A DNA stretch of 64,000 bases from a bacterium (GTDB lineage: Bacteria > Patescibacteriota > Patescibacteriia > S139-126): assembly GCA_030666865.1 (NCBI GenBank), contig DAOUWZ010000001.1, positions 44,753 to 108,752 of the forward strand. The letters run 5' to 3'. Positions 1-10,414 of the stretch are shown here, piece by piece (the stretch's first letter is position 1; each line of letters opens with the position of its first letter). The notes beneath the pieces were generated by a model. It saw only the letters and a program-made list of their open reading frames with translations, did not search any database and had not been told where the DNA came from. A program made the position numbers and the translations under genes.

Positions 1-83
1 TGGAGTCTGTTATCAAGCTCAAAGTTCCCTTAATTGTAGATGTAAAAGTGGGTAATAATTGGTTGGAAATGACAAGAGTTTAA
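1..83 (+). CDS. polA: DNA polymerase I C-terminal fragment (5' end outside window)
   Basis: Frame 3 translates to ESVIKLKVPLIVDVKVGNNWLEMTRV*, which resembles the extreme C-terminus of bacterial PolA (E. coli ...VPLLVEVGSGENWDQAH*). Confidence 0.45.
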   Translation, partial: ESVIKLKVPLIVDVKVGNNWLEMTRV

Positions 84-194
84 ATTTAATACATTATTCT
101 CCCCCTCTAAAAATAAGATGGGGGCTGGGGGAGTTATGGAATGAAAGATAAAAATACTTATTTAATTACGTAATTCTTTTTCTTCCCTAAAATA

Positions 195-225
195 AATAAA
201 AAACCCCGGTTAAGTGTCCGGGGAA
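195..225 (-). terminator. Rho-independent terminator for the minus-strand gene 259..984
   Basis: Hairpin CCCCGG-TTAAGTGT-CCGGGG at 204..223, followed by a T-run when read on the minus strand. Confidence 0.55.
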
Positions 226-258
226 TATTTAGAAGACAAAAAGGCGTGCTACATTAGA

Positions 259-984
259 TTATTTAGCTAAAGAATAACATAATGAAGCTTTCTTTAGAAA
301 AAAACCATCTTTATTCTGCCTCAAAAAAAATGCTGTACCAGGAAATGGCAAAACGGAATTCATTATTTTATACTTTTCCCGCAAATATTTTATTGCTAAT
401 TTTTCATAACAGATAAAATGGATTTGTAATTTACCACTAGTAACTCGCTCAACTATTTCTGGTCGTGACATAAAGGGCTCAATAAAACGATTTTCTGTTA
501 TCACTATCAAATAATATAATGACTCAATATCCGATAATCGGTCAGTTAAAACCAGTCCAAAATGAACAACATCACGCAACTTATTTATTCTAATAGTAGC
601 AATATTTAAAAGACCAATACCTTGTCTTTCCAATATAACTGATCTCTCTTTGCTCAAACCCAAAGGCTTGCGAGTATAAAAAAATGGTATTCTCACTGTT
701 TCTGCTGTCTCTACTGGAGCTACTGACGGTTCATTTTGTCGATATTTACTATCTTTCTCGATCTGTTCAGCTACTTTCTGGACTGTTTCTTCTACCCACT
801 CTTGATTTCTCCTCTGGAATCTACTAATAGACCAAGCGAAAAAAAAGAATATGCCGACAATTAGAAATATCACTGTTACTACTGCCAATCGGTGAGACAA
901 CTCACCATGTAGAAGTAAACTATAGAACCAAGCAATTGGCTGGGCTAATAAATCAACATATTCGGACAAAAAATTATTTGGCAT
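259..984 (-). CDS. Hypothetical membrane-anchored protein
   Basis: 241-aa ORF with one N-terminal TM segment (VVTVIFLIVGIFFFFAW). No recognisable family by eye. Confidence 0.45.
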   Translation of the reverse strand: MPNNFLSEYVDLLAQPIAWFYSLLLHGELSHRLAVVTVIFLIVGIFFFFAWSISRFQRRNQEWVEETVQKVAEQIEKDSKYRQNEPSVAPVETAETVRIPFFYTRKPLGLSKERSVILERQGIGLLNIATIRINKLRDVVHFGLVLTDRLSDIESLYYLIVITENRFIEPFMSRPEIVERVTSGKLQIHFICYEKLAIKYLREKYKIMNSVLPFPGTAFFLRQNKDGFFLKKASLCYSLAK

Positions 985-1173
985 TATACACCCCCTGTTG
1001 TGATTATTAATTTTATTTATTTTAAATAACGGATTTCATTAGAATAACAAAAATGATAAATATGTCAATAACCTAAACTAGTATTTAGTATATTGTAGCT
1101 AGTGGTTAGTATATACCAAAATAATGATCCTATTCCCACGCTGACATATTTTTTTATCATTCTGCGCCACACT

Positions 1174-1234
1174 GTCATTCCTGCGAAGGCAAAAATCCAG
1201 AAACAAAAAAGATTCCTGCCTTCGCAGGAATGAC
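1174..1234. repeat. GC-rich inverted repeat (18-bp perfect arms, 25-nt spacer)
   Basis: GTCATTCCTGCGAAGGCA at 1174..1191 and TGCCTTCGCAGGAATGAC at 1217..1234 are exact reverse complements. The motif TGTCATTCC / GGAATGACA recurs at 21878 and 23650. Confidence 0.6.
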
Positions 1235-1279
1235 AAAAAAAACAAATATTACTTTATTATTAAACCTTTAATCTTTAAA

Positions 1280-1314
1280 ACATCCAACCGCTTATAAACG
1301 GTTGGATGTTTTTA
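1280..1314. terminator. Bidirectional intrinsic terminator hairpin
   Basis: ACATCCAACCG-CTTATAAA-CGGTTGGATGT is a perfect 11-bp stem, flanked by an A-run and a T-run. Confidence 0.55.
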
Positions 1315-1330
1315 TTGTAATACTAATTTT

Positions 1331-1516
1331 TTATCTCAACTCTTGCAATACTTTCTCTATACTTTCTTTATCTTTAATACCAAGTTCATCAAGTTTTTCT
1401 AACAATGTATTTAATTTATCTACAAACATTTGTTTAACTTCCGCTAAATTTATTTCTTCTTCATTTTGTACCTTAGTGCCTAAATCAATAAAATCAGACT
1501 CGTCATAAACATACAT
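1331..1516 (-). CDS. Small hypothetical protein (61 aa, acidic, coiled-coil-like)
   Basis: ORF downstream of gyrA on the same strand. An overlapping plus-strand ORF (1302..1508) also exists. Strand choice is weak. Confidence 0.3.
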   Translation of the reverse strand: MYVYDESDFIDLGTKVQNEEEINLAEVKQMFVDKLNTLLEKLDELGIKDKESIEKVLQELR

Positions 1517-1663
1517 TAATCCTCTTCTAATTATTTACCAAGATTCTTGATCAAATAAATCTGCTTCTCTTATTTCAGTAAAAGTATCAATTTTATCATT
1601 AATAACTTTTATGGTTTCCTGTGGATTTTTTTCCTATCTTAATCATAAACTTATATTAATAAT

Positions 1664-4189
1664 TTAAACAAAAGTAACTTTAGCTACACTGTCCCCCTCA
1701 GTCTTGAATCTCATTACCCTCACACCTTGCGTGGCTCTACCCAAAACAGATACTGATTTCAATGGCAACCTAATAACCTGCCCTTTCTTGGACATTACAA
1801 TTATATCTTCTTGTTCCAATTTAGCACTGACGACAAATGCGGAAGTAGCACTACCGGTTTTGGTGGTTATATTAGCAGCTTTGACTCCGCTACCGCCCCT
1901 ACCTTGAACTTTAAATTCAGTAACTTTTGATCTTTTAGCATAACCATTTTTCATTACTACCAAGAGCTGTTCCTCTTTTCCTGGCTTGCCTTCAAAAATC
2001 AAATCCATGCCAATTACACTATCTCCTTTTTTGAGTCTAATTCCTCTTACTCCTGACGCTGATCTCCCCATTGCTCTAATGCCCGCTTCTTTGAAACGAA
2101 TAGCTTGACCATTCTCTGAAACCAACATAATATCATCCCTGCTAGTTGAAGGTCTGACCCAATCAAGCTGATCATCACCTTTTAATTTGATAGCAATCAA
2201 ACCTGACCGCCTGACATTATCAAACTGATCAAATTCAACCTTCTTAATAACACCATGCTTAGTAACCATGACTAAAAACTTATATTCATTTTTGACTTCC
2301 GAGAGCGGTAAAATTGATGATATTTTTTCTTCAGGCGCTAGTTGCAAAAAATTAACAATTGCCTGACCCTTGCTGGTTCTGGAACCACCGGGCACCTCGT
2401 AAGCCTTGAGCTGAAATACGCGCCCTCTGGTAGTAAAAAATAAAAGATCAGCATGAGTGTTGGTGCTAAATAAATGTTCAACTACATCTTCTTCTTTGGT
2501 AGTTAGACCAATCACCCCTTTACCTCCCCGGCTTTGAGTTTTGAAAGTATCAGGCGACAACCGTTTGATGTACCCATCACGAGTTACAGTAACAACAGTA
2601 GCTTCATTTGGTATCAAATCCTCTTGAGAAAATTTATCAATCGCATGCGGTACAATTTGCGTCCGACGCCCATCACCATGCTTATCTTTAATCTCTTGCA
2701 ATTCATCTTTGATAATTTGTAAAATTTTTACTTTACTCTTCAATAATGCTGTTAACTCTTTAATCAATTTTAATTTTTCTTTCAATTCTTCTTCCACGCG
2801 CAAACGTTCCAAATTAGCTAGCTGCTGCAATTTCATTTCCAGAATCGCCAGCGCTTGCCGCTCAGACAGCTTGAATTTTTTGATCAAATTCAATTTAGCG
2901 TCAACTCTATCTTTTGATTTTTTGATAGTGGCAATAATTTTATCAATATCCTCAAGCGCCATTGCCAAGCCTTCTAAAATGTGCGCCCGATCTTTGGCCC
3001 TGTCAAGTTCATATTGTGTTCGCCTAGTAATAACTTCTTGACGATGCTTGATGTACTCTTCTAAAATATTTTTTAAAGTCAGAACTCTTGGCTGAATACC
3101 GTCTACTAAAGCTAATAAATTTACATGAAATGAAGTTTGTAAATCAGAAAATTTATATAATTGATTTAAAATCTTTTTTGGATAAGCGTCTTTTTTCAAT
3201 TCTATTACTATTCGTATTCCATCTTTATCTGATTCATCGCGCAAATCTCTAATGCCTTCTATTTTTTTATCACGCACTAGTCCGGCAATTTTTTCAATCA
3301 AACTAGATTTATTTACTTGATACGGGAGTTCGGTGGTTATTATTTGAAATTGACCTTTTTTATCTTCAACAATCTCTACTTTTGCTCTCATAACAATACC
3401 TCCTTTACCAGTAGCATAAGCTGTTTTGATATCGTCAACGTTAAAAATGATTCCTCCAGTTGGAAAATCAGGCCCTTTGATAAATTGCATTAAATCATCA
3501 AGACTTGAATCCGGCTTGTCTATTAAAGCAAAAATTCCATCAATAATCTCAGTTAAATTATGCGGCGGAATTGAAGTTGCCATGCCAACAGCAATACCAA
3601 CTGCACCATTAAGCAATAAATTCGGTAATTTCGCTGGCAACACCAATGGTTCTTTTTGAGAACCATCATAATTTGGAACAAAATCAACTGTATTTTTATC
3701 AAGATCATACAGTAATTCTTCAGAAATCGCCCTCAATTTAGCTTCAGTATAACGCATGGCAGCAGGACGATCACCGTCAACTGAACCAAAATTACCCTGT
3801 CCATTAACCAATTGATAACGCATAGCAAAATCTTGAGCCATTCTCGCCATACTATCATAAACCGCAGTATCACCATGCGGATGATATTTACCAAGCACTT
3901 CTCCAACTACAGTGGCTGATTTTCTGAATTTAGCTCCTGATTTTAATCCGATATTCCACATTGCGTACAAAATCCTACGATGTACTGGCTTAAGGCCATC
4001 TCTAACATCAGGCAAAGCTCTTGCCACAATAACGCTCATTGCATAATCAAGATATGATTGTTCCATTTCCTCAACCAAGGATTTCTCTATTACTCGGTTA
4101 CCTAGTAAAACTTTATCTGCTTCTATTTCAGCTGGCTTGCCTTTTGTCGGTTTACCTTTCGCTGACTCATCTTTCTTTTTCTTTGGCAT
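1664..4189 (-). CDS. gyrA: DNA gyrase subunit A
   Basis: [29 protein letters not shown] active-site region; GyrA-box-like QSRGGKG; C-terminal beta-pinwheel repeats; Lys-rich N-terminal extension. Confidence 0.9.
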   Translation of the reverse strand: MPKKKKDESAKGKPTKGKPAEIEADKVLLGNRVIEKSLVEEMEQSYLDYAMSVIVARALPDVRDGLKPVHRRILYAMWNIGLKSGAKFRKSATVVGEVLGKYHPHGDTAVYDSMARMAQDFAMRYQLVNGQGNFGSVDGDRPAAMRYTEAKLRAISEELLYDLDKNTVDFVPNYDGSQKEPLVLPAKLPNLLLNGAVGIAVGMATSIPPHNLTEIIDGIFALIDKPDSSLDDLMQFIKGPDFPTGGIIFNVDDIKTAYATGKGGIVMRAKVEIVEDKKGQFQIITTELPYQVNKSSLIEKIAGLVRDKKIEGIRDLRDESDKDGIRIVIELKKDAYPKKILNQLYKFSDLQTSFHVNLLALVDGIQPRVLTLKNILEEYIKHRQEVITRRTQYELDRAKDRAHILEGLAMALEDIDKIIATIKKSKDRVDAKLNLIKKFKLSERQALAILEMKLQQLANLERLRVEEELKEKLKLIKELTALLKSKVKILQIIKDELQEIKDKHGDGRRTQIVPHAIDKFSQEDLIPNEATVVTVTRDGYIKRLSPDTFKTQSRGGKGVIGLTTKEEDVVEHLFSTNTHADLLFFTTRGRVFQLKAYEVPGGSRTSKGQAIVNFLQLAPEEKISSILPLSEVKNEYKFLVMVTKHGVIKKVEFDQFDNVRRSGLIAIKLKGDDQLDWVRPSTSRDDIMLVSENGQAIRFKEAGIRAMGRSASGVRGIRLKKGDSVIGMDLIFEGKPGKEEQLLVVMKNGYAKRSKVTEFKVQGRGGSGVKAANITTKTGSATSAFVVSAKLEQEDIIVMSKKGQVIRLPLKSVSVLGRATQGVRVMRFKTEGDSVAKVTFV

Positions 4190-4210
4190 ATTATAAATAA
4201 TTACATTTAA

Positions 4211-4615
4211 TTATAACTCTTCTGAAGTTGTTGTTGCGATATCTGAATTTTTAATCTCTTCTGACTGCTGTTTTATTTTTTCTTTAATATCATCAATTAT
4301 CTTTTGCTCTGTTTTGGTTGTTTCTTCCACTACCTGCGCCTTATCAATTTCTTGTTTTGATTTTGTTTTAAATTCAAAAATATCAGAACCTATTTCATTA
4401 CTGACCTCTTGCAAGCCTTTTATCAATGTATTGCTTTCTTTCCTATGACCACTCCAAGAATCACTATTTATTATCCAAAAAACCCACCCAATTAACACCA
4501 ATAAAATAACGACTCCTACTAAATATTTCAATAATTTTTCTTTTTTATGTCTGTGTTGGCTAGTTTTTAAACTTTCGTTTATAATTTTTTCAATTTTTCT
4601 TACTTTCCTTGTCAT
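4211..4615 (-). CDS. Hypothetical single-TM protein with coiled-coil tail
   Basis: 134-aa ORF packed tightly upstream of gyrA, with a TM helix (LVGVVILLVLIGWVFWII). Confidence 0.4.
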   Translation of the reverse strand: MTRKVRKIEKIINESLKTSQHRHKKEKLLKYLVGVVILLVLIGWVFWIINSDSWSGHRKESNTLIKGLQEVSNEIGSDIFEFKTKSKQEIDKAQVVEETTKTEQKIIDDIKEKIKQQSEEIKNSDIATTTSEEL

Positions 4616-4640
4616 AACAAAATTAATTACGCAACAAACT

Positions 4641-5282
4641 TTATGGCTGCAGGATTATTAACCTACTTTCATCCTGAGGTAGGTCACGAGCAGTAATTCT
4701 AACCTTATCAGTATTCTCAACTTTGGATGTACCCAATTCTTTAACAAATAAATCTGCTGCATCAAGCGGCAACTTACTACCAGGAAATTTATAATATATT
4801 GGAATTATTATTCTTGGCTCAATCGCTTGAACCAAATGAGCAGCCTGCTTCGCGTTTAAACTGTCATGCCCGCCGATCGGAACAAAAAGAACATCAGCGT
4901 TCTCTATCTGCTCTAATTGACTGTCAGTTAAATCTTTTTGACTCATCTGACCCAAATGCACAATATTCATATCCTCAACTTCAATAGAATAAATTATTTT
5001 ACCAGTAGGAATGTCGCCGCCATCATACTCAGAAATACCGTAAACAAATATTTGTTTTGATTCGTACTCACCTGGACTGTCAATCAAAAAACAACTTTCA
5101 GAAAGTTTCAAATTTTTATCCAATTTACCACTGGTCATCAAAACCATGTCAGCGTCCATTTTTGGCTGCCTCAAACCAATCGTCTTAACAACAAATGGAT
5201 CTATAAGTAAATTTGAATCACCATTTTGAGGTGACTTTGTCTGCATTTTTATAAATGTTTGTCCGTACCATTGAATATACAT
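4641..5282 (-). CDS. MBL-fold metal-dependent hydrolase (UPF0173-like)
   Basis: MYIQWYGQTFIKM...LLIDPF N-terminus typical of the metallo-beta-lactamase-fold UPF0173 family. Start taken at the internal Met; the track ORF extends to 5315. Confidence 0.5.
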   Translation of the reverse strand: MYIQWYGQTFIKMQTKSPQNGDSNLLIDPFVVKTIGLRQPKMDADMVLMTSGKLDKNLKLSESCFLIDSPGEYESKQIFVYGISEYDGGDIPTGKIIYSIEVEDMNIVHLGQMSQKDLTDSQLEQIENADVLFVPIGGHDSLNAKQAAHLVQAIEPRIIIPIYYKFPGSKLPLDAADLFVKELGTSKVENTDKVRITARDLPQDESRLIILQP

Positions 5283-5352
5283 ATTTACTTGGTTAATACG
5301 TAGAAATATTACCATTTTTAGTTGAAAAAATCAACTGTTTATTATAAAATTC

Positions 5353-5994
5353 TTAAATCTGCAGAGTAGGTAAATTCTTTGATTTTTTTTTAACATCTCT
5401 CAAATTAGTTGCCTTTGATTTGTTATTTTCTTTAACTTGATTATCAGTCTCTACTTTTTTGTTGATATCATGCACTGTAGCGGATTTGTTATTTTCTACA
5501 TTTTGCCAAGCTGTCTTTTCAGGATTAATAAAACTATTTCTCATAGAATTCACTCTTCTGTCTTTCGCTGAGATACCGCTTTTTACTGATGTGTGCCTAG
5601 CTGGTCTTTTATCCTCTTTGGTTTCTTTGCCTGTTAATTTCCTTACCATATCTTCAGCTCTTTTAGACTTGTCCTCTTTTATTCGCGATTTTTTAATTCT
5701 TTCTTTTCTTAATTCGTCTTGATAAGAGTCATATTCCATTTGTTTTTCCTTTAAATAACCCTCCCACCTTGAACTCGCTCCTGAGCCACTTTCAGCAATC
5801 GCTTGCTTAAATTGTCCTTCAGTCATGGTTTTACCAGAAATCAACAATTTATTATTACCAGCTTGTTTTTTAAATTTGACTATATCGCGAGTAGTCATCT
5901 TCATATGATTTTTCAAAAAATCCTCTTGTTGAGCATGATTCAATCTAAGCTTATTTAATTTGTAAACTGGTTTTTTGCCAGATAAAAATCCCAT
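5353..5994 (-). CDS. Hypothetical basic Lys/Arg-rich protein
   Basis: 213-aa ORF. Low-complexity charged sequence, no recognisable domain. Confidence 0.4.
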   Translation of the reverse strand: MGFLSGKKPVYKLNKLRLNHAQQEDFLKNHMKMTTRDIVKFKKQAGNNKLLISGKTMTEGQFKQAIAESGSGASSRWEGYLKEKQMEYDSYQDELRKERIKKSRIKEDKSKRAEDMVRKLTGKETKEDKRPARHTSVKSGISAKDRRVNSMRNSFINPEKTAWQNVENNKSATVHDINKKVETDNQVKENNKSKATNLRDVKKKSKNLPTLQI

Positions 5995-6228
5995 GATTTA
6001 TTACGTTAGTATTTAATAGTAAATGCTTACATATAGTATACCTAAATTATAAAATAAGGTCATATTTTACTAACTAACTAGGTTTACAAACCTGCTATTT
6101 TGTTAATTTCTCAAACTCTTGCCAAAATTAAGATTTTATAATATACTAGGCAAAGTCATCTGCTACCTAATCTAACCTGCTGGCAGACAGGACTATCTTT
6201 CAATAAGATGGTTATATCTAATAATTAA

Positions 6229-7461
6229 ATGGCAAAACAAAAAACTGTTTCTGATGAAGAAAGTAAATTAAAAAAACCAAAAATGGAGGATTTACTGGAT
6301 CAGCTAAAAAATCAAAAATTTCCAAAGGTTGGCGAACTAATAGAAAGTACTGTAATCAATGTTGGTAAAAATGAAGTAATTCTTGATATCAATGGAATTA
6401 CTACCGGCATGGTCAGAGGTAAAGAACTTGAAGATGAATCAGGAGAATATTCTGATCTAAAAGTTGAGGACAAGGTCAGCGCTACTGTTCTAGAATTGGA
6501 AAATGAAAAAGGATTAATAGAACTTTCTTTCAGACATGCTGGACATCAAAAAGCTTGGGAAAACCTTGAAAAAACACTTCAAGAAGAAACTATTGTAAAA
6601 ACTAAAATTATTGACGCCAATAAAGGCGGTCTGATGTGTAAAGTTGGTGGAGTAATTGGATTTATGCCGGTTTCACAACTTACTACTGAACATTATCCAA
6701 GAGTTGAAGGTGGAGATAAAAATCGTATCCTTGATATTTTAAAAAGTTATACTGGCAGTGAATTTGATGCCAAAATTATTGATGTGGATGAAAAAGAGAA
6801 TAAATTAATTGTTTCTGAAAGAGCTGCTTGGGAAGAAAAGCAACATGAAACTATCAGTAAATATAAAGTGGGACAAGTCGTTAAAGGAAAAATTACCGGT
6901 GTGGTTGATTTTGGCGCTTTTATAGAATTTGACGATAATATGGAAGGACTTGTTCATATCTCCGAAATAGCTTGGCAGCGTATTGATAATCCTCGTGATT
7001 ATGTAAAAGTTGGCGATGAAGTGGAAGGTAAAATTATTGAAATTGAAAAATCAAAAATTTCACTCTCTATTAAAGCTCTCCTTAAAGATCCTTGGAAAGA
7101 AGTGGTTGCCAAATACAAAATTGGCGACAAAGTAAAAGGTAAAGTTTTGAAAACCAATAATTTTGGCGCTTTTGTTGAGCTAGATAAAGATATTCATGGA
7201 CTAGCTCATATTAGCGAGCTGTCAGAATACCCAATCAAAACTGCCAGCGAAGTTGTTCAGATTGGCGAGACTTATGAATTCCAAATTGTATCAATAGAAC
7301 CAAATGAACATCGCCTCGGTCTTTCTATCAAAGCCATGAAAAGAAAAAAGAAACCAACAGTAGAAAAAAAATCTGAAGCAAAAAAGCAAACAACTAAAAA
7401 AAAGAAAGGGGACGATAAAACAGTGGAAAAAAAGGAAAAAGAAAAAAATAATCAGCAATAA
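6229..7461 (+). CDS. rpsA: 30S ribosomal protein S1
   Basis: Four S1-domain repeats (GxV.G.V....FGAF.E., e.g. GKITGVVDFGAFIEF and GKVLKTNNFGAFVEL), plus a Lys-rich C-terminal tail. Confidence 0.85.
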   Translation: MAKQKTVSDEESKLKKPKMEDLLDQLKNQKFPKVGELIESTVINVGKNEVILDINGITTGMVRGKELEDESGEYSDLKVEDKVSATVLELENEKGLIELSFRHAGHQKAWENLEKTLQEETIVKTKIIDANKGGLMCKVGGVIGFMPVSQLTTEHYPRVEGGDKNRILDILKSYTGSEFDAKIIDVDEKENKLIVSERAAWEEKQHETISKYKVGQVVKGKITGVVDFGAFIEFDDNMEGLVHISEIAWQRIDNPRDYVKVGDEVEGKIIEIEKSKISLSIKALLKDPWKEVVAKYKIGDKVKGKVLKTNNFGAFVELDKDIHGLAHISELSEYPIKTASEVVQIGETYEFQIVSIEPNEHRLGLSIKAMKRKKKPTVEKKSEAKKQTTKKKKGDDKTVEKKEKEKNNQQ

Positions 7462-7498
7462 CAGGTCACGACCTGTCACTACAAAATAATATAAACTT

Positions 7499-7544
7499 AC
7501 ATAATTAAAATGAATCCCATGAACGGGATTCGTTTTAATTATGT
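7499..7544. terminator. Compound hairpin terminator between convergent rpsA and the SpoIID-like gene
   Basis: ACATAATTAAAA-TGAATCCC-ATGAAC-GGGATTCG-TTTTAATTATGT forms nested perfect stems. Confidence 0.6.
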
Positions 7545-7566
7545 AGCTATTCTATCAAAATAACAA

Positions 7567-8808
7567 TCAATAACTCTTACTGATTTCAATATCCTGATAA
7601 AAATAATCAACAATATCCCTATACGAAGCACCGTCTTGAGCCATAATCATAGCACCAATTGCTGACAAACCAACTCCGTGACCAAGCTGAGAAAAACCTT
7701 GTTCTTGCGGAACTGAAACAGGTTTAACATAAGGATATGGCTCGCCATACCAAACTTCAGCCCAACTTTTAGTTTGACCATTAGATCTAGCAAAATAAGG
7801 AGTTACCGCAACTTCACCTTGATAAGTTACGACCTCGCCAAAAGTATCTTCTACTGCTTTGACCAAAAAAGGATGTCTGTCCTCATTACTATACCCTCGA
7901 TAAACTTGATCCCAATAGGCATCAATATGAAAATATTCACTATCGTGCTTGTAATTATCATTCATATGATAATAAGCATATGACCTGCCCACCACGGTCA
8001 TTACTTTTAAATATTCAAAATTATCACTAGCTCTGGTTTCACTCAAACCTTTCAAATAATCCTCAAGCGGTAATTCGTTTATCATCCAGATTCTGCCAGT
8101 ATATTCAGAATAATTCAATTCCAAACTACCACGAAAAGTATTATCTGATAATGAACGATTCCATTTTGGCGGATTTTGATATGATTCAATTTTTAAAATT
8201 GAGTCATTTTCACCTACAATTTTATATGGCTCTAGGGAACTGTCTTGTATGTTTTGACTACTAATATTATAAGTCTTGTTTACCTTATTAAACCAAATAA
8301 CTACTGGGATTTCACCTTGACTGGTTATCAAAACACTGCCATTAAAATTCAATACTTGATATGAACCAGTAGACGTAATTTTATGCTGCCGGGTAGTATA
8401 AAACAATCCAATTCTAATCAAAGGCGATATCAACAAAGAGCTATCTGTTTTATTTGGTAACACCTCCTGCAAAGCCGCTTCAGCATATTTCAAATTGAAT
8501 GGATTTATATCTGAAATAATTTCTGACCACTCTTTATCAACTTTTTTATTGTCAATAATTTCTAAATCAACTTCATTAATCGCTAAATTTTTTTCCAATC
8601 GCTTTTCTTGATAGCTAATTAATGATTTATATTCCCCATTTATATTTTTTTCAACTGAAATATAAACTATTGAACATGATAATAAAATAGAAACAAAAAT
8701 AAAAAAAGTCATACCTATATCAGAATACGACAAACCTTTGTTTATATGTTTATTTGTTTTATTGCGAAAATATAATATTTTTTTACTAAAATCAACTATA
8801 TTTTTCAT
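7567..8808 (-). CDS. SpoIID/LytB-domain protein (peptidoglycan remodelling)
   Basis: C-terminal ...PYFARSNGQTKSWAEVWYGEPYPYVKPVSVP...GHGVGLSAIGAMIMAQDGASYRDIVDYFYQDIEI matches the SpoIID/LytB signature. Has an N-terminal TM anchor. Confidence 0.6.
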   Translation of the reverse strand: MKNIVDFSKKILYFRNKTNKHINKGLSYSDIGMTFFIFVSILLSCSIVYISVEKNINGEYKSLISYQEKRLEKNLAINEVDLEIIDNKKVDKEWSEIISDINPFNLKYAEAALQEVLPNKTDSSLLISPLIRIGLFYTTRQHKITSTGSYQVLNFNGSVLITSQGEIPVVIWFNKVNKTYNISSQNIQDSSLEPYKIVGENDSILKIESYQNPPKWNRSLSDNTFRGSLELNYSEYTGRIWMINELPLEDYLKGLSETRASDNFEYLKVMTVVGRSYAYYHMNDNYKHDSEYFHIDAYWDQVYRGYSNEDRHPFLVKAVEDTFGEVVTYQGEVAVTPYFARSNGQTKSWAEVWYGEPYPYVKPVSVPQEQGFSQLGHGVGLSAIGAMIMAQDGASYRDIVDYFYQDIEISKSY

Positions 8809-8888
8809 TTTTTTATTTTTGTTTCTATTTTTATTTTTTAGCTAATATTAGCTAAGCTCTAACTACATTCTATCATATTTTTTTTGTT

Positions 8889-10367
8889 TTGTCAATTCAA
8901 AATAAAAAAGGTAAAATTAATAAGCCTACTATAAAAAAATTTATGGAAACAAAAAAAATAGCAAAAAACACAATTTGGCATTTTAGCGCAAAATCATTTG
9001 GGCTCTTGATTGGAATAGTCACTATTGCTATTGTTACCCGTTACTTAGGTAGAGAAGGTTTTGGTCAATATGCCACTGCATTAGCCTGGCTGCAATTTTT
9101 CGGTATTTTTGTCGACTTTGGTCTTTATATGATCATGTTATCTGAACTAGGGCGGGCGGGCAGCCATGAACAAGAAAGTAAAATTGTAAGTAATATTCTC
9201 TCCTTAAGGATAATCTCGGCTATAATAATTTTAGGAATCAGTATCTTTGTAAGCTGGCTGATGCCTTATGACCATATTATTAAAATGAGTATAATAATTT
9301 TGGTCTGGTCTTTCTTCTTTCAGTTAATTAATCAAATATTGGCTGCTCTTTTTCAAAAAAAATTAATCATGCATATTGGCAGTCTGAATGAAATTATCGG
9401 TAAAGCCTTAGCATTAATACTAATTATCTTTATTATCCATAATAATTGGGGTTTACTCGCTATTGTTGCCGCGATCTCCATAGCTAATGCTATAAATACT
9501 ACTATTATGTGGTTGATAGCTAATAAATACGTAAAAATAAAACTTGATTTTGATTTCTCCTATTGGCGTTATATTGGCAAATTAGCATGGCCGCTCGCTA
9601 TTGCTACGATATTTAATTTATTTTATTTTAAAGCCGACACGATCATTTTATCAATATTTAGACCAATCCAAGAAACCGGTATATATGCCGCGCCTTACCG
9701 CATACTTGAAGTTCTTATTTCGATGCCGCCAATCTTTTTAGGATTAATATTGCCGCTACTAGCTAAGCAATGGAAAGAAAAAAATATTCCTGGTTTCAAA
9801 CTTACTATACAAAGAAGCCTAGATCTCTTTCACATTGCTATAATTCCTTTAATTATTATCTCATTATTATTAGCCGAACCAATTATGATCTTGGTGGCCG
9901 GAAATGAATTTGCTATATCAGCGCCAGTTCTCCGTTTATTAATCATAGCCACTGCTTTTATTTTTTATTCCCAAATATTTTCATTTGCAATCGTGGCGAT
10001 GGAAAAACAAAAACAAATTCTCAAATTTATAATTAGCGCTGCTATTATTGCCCTTATTTTATACTTTATATTTATTCCGATTTATTCTTACTATGCTGCT
10101 GCTATTATTACTATTCTAATTGAAGGTGTTATTATGCTAACCTTTATTTATATTACCCATAAACAAATAAAACAAAAATTTTCATTTAATATTTTCATTA
10201 AAGCTATTATTAGCTCCTTGCCGATGATTTGCTTTATTCTTATTTTTAACAATTTATCAATCATTCCCTTATTATTTATAGCGGTTATAATATATATAAT
10301 TAGTTTATTTCTTACCAAGGCGCTTAACTTTTCAGAAATTAAAAATTTACTACTAAATAAATCCTAA
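8889..10367 (+). CDS. Polysaccharide biosynthesis flippase (Wzx/MOP superfamily-like)
   Basis: 492 aa with about 12-14 TM helices and a Wzx-like architecture. Confidence 0.5.
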   Translation: MSIQNKKGKINKPTIKKFMETKKIAKNTIWHFSAKSFGLLIGIVTIAIVTRYLGREGFGQYATALAWLQFFGIFVDFGLYMIMLSELGRAGSHEQESKIVSNILSLRIISAIIILGISIFVSWLMPYDHIIKMSIIILVWSFFFQLINQILAALFQKKLIMHIGSLNEIIGKALALILIIFIIHNNWGLLAIVAAISIANAINTTIMWLIANKYVKIKLDFDFSYWRYIGKLAWPLAIATIFNLFYFKADTIILSIFRPIQETGIYAAPYRILEVLISMPPIFLGLILPLLAKQWKEKNIPGFKLTIQRSLDLFHIAIIPLIIISLLLAEPIMILVAGNEFAISAPVLRLLIIATAFIFYSQIFSFAIVAMEKQKQILKFIISAAIIALILYFIFIPIYSYYAAAIITILIEGVIMLTFIYITHKQIKQKFSFNIFIKAIISSLPMICFILIFNNLSIIPLLFIAVIIYIISLFLTKALNFSEIKNLLLNKS

Positions 10368-10414
10368 GCACCCGTCTCGATTCATCGTCAAGACGAGGCG
10401 GACGAAATACTAAT

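Noticed and set aside
1302-1508. Plus-strand 68-aa ORF overlapping the minus-strand 61-aa ORF 1331..1516
   Set aside because: Low-complexity Ser/Ile-rich translation antisense to a better-looking acidic coiled-coil ORF. Both are weak, and I kept only the minus-strand one at low confidence.
1704-3659. Antisense ORFs inside gyrA (1704..1907, 2534..2722, 2709..3041, 3426..3659)
   Set aside because: They are entirely embedded antisense within a confidently identified gyrA, with low-complexity translations.
7291-7479. 62-aa Phe-rich minus-strand ORF
   Set aside because: Antisense to the Lys-rich (AAA/AAG) tail of rpsA, an artefact of poly-A/T coding sequence.
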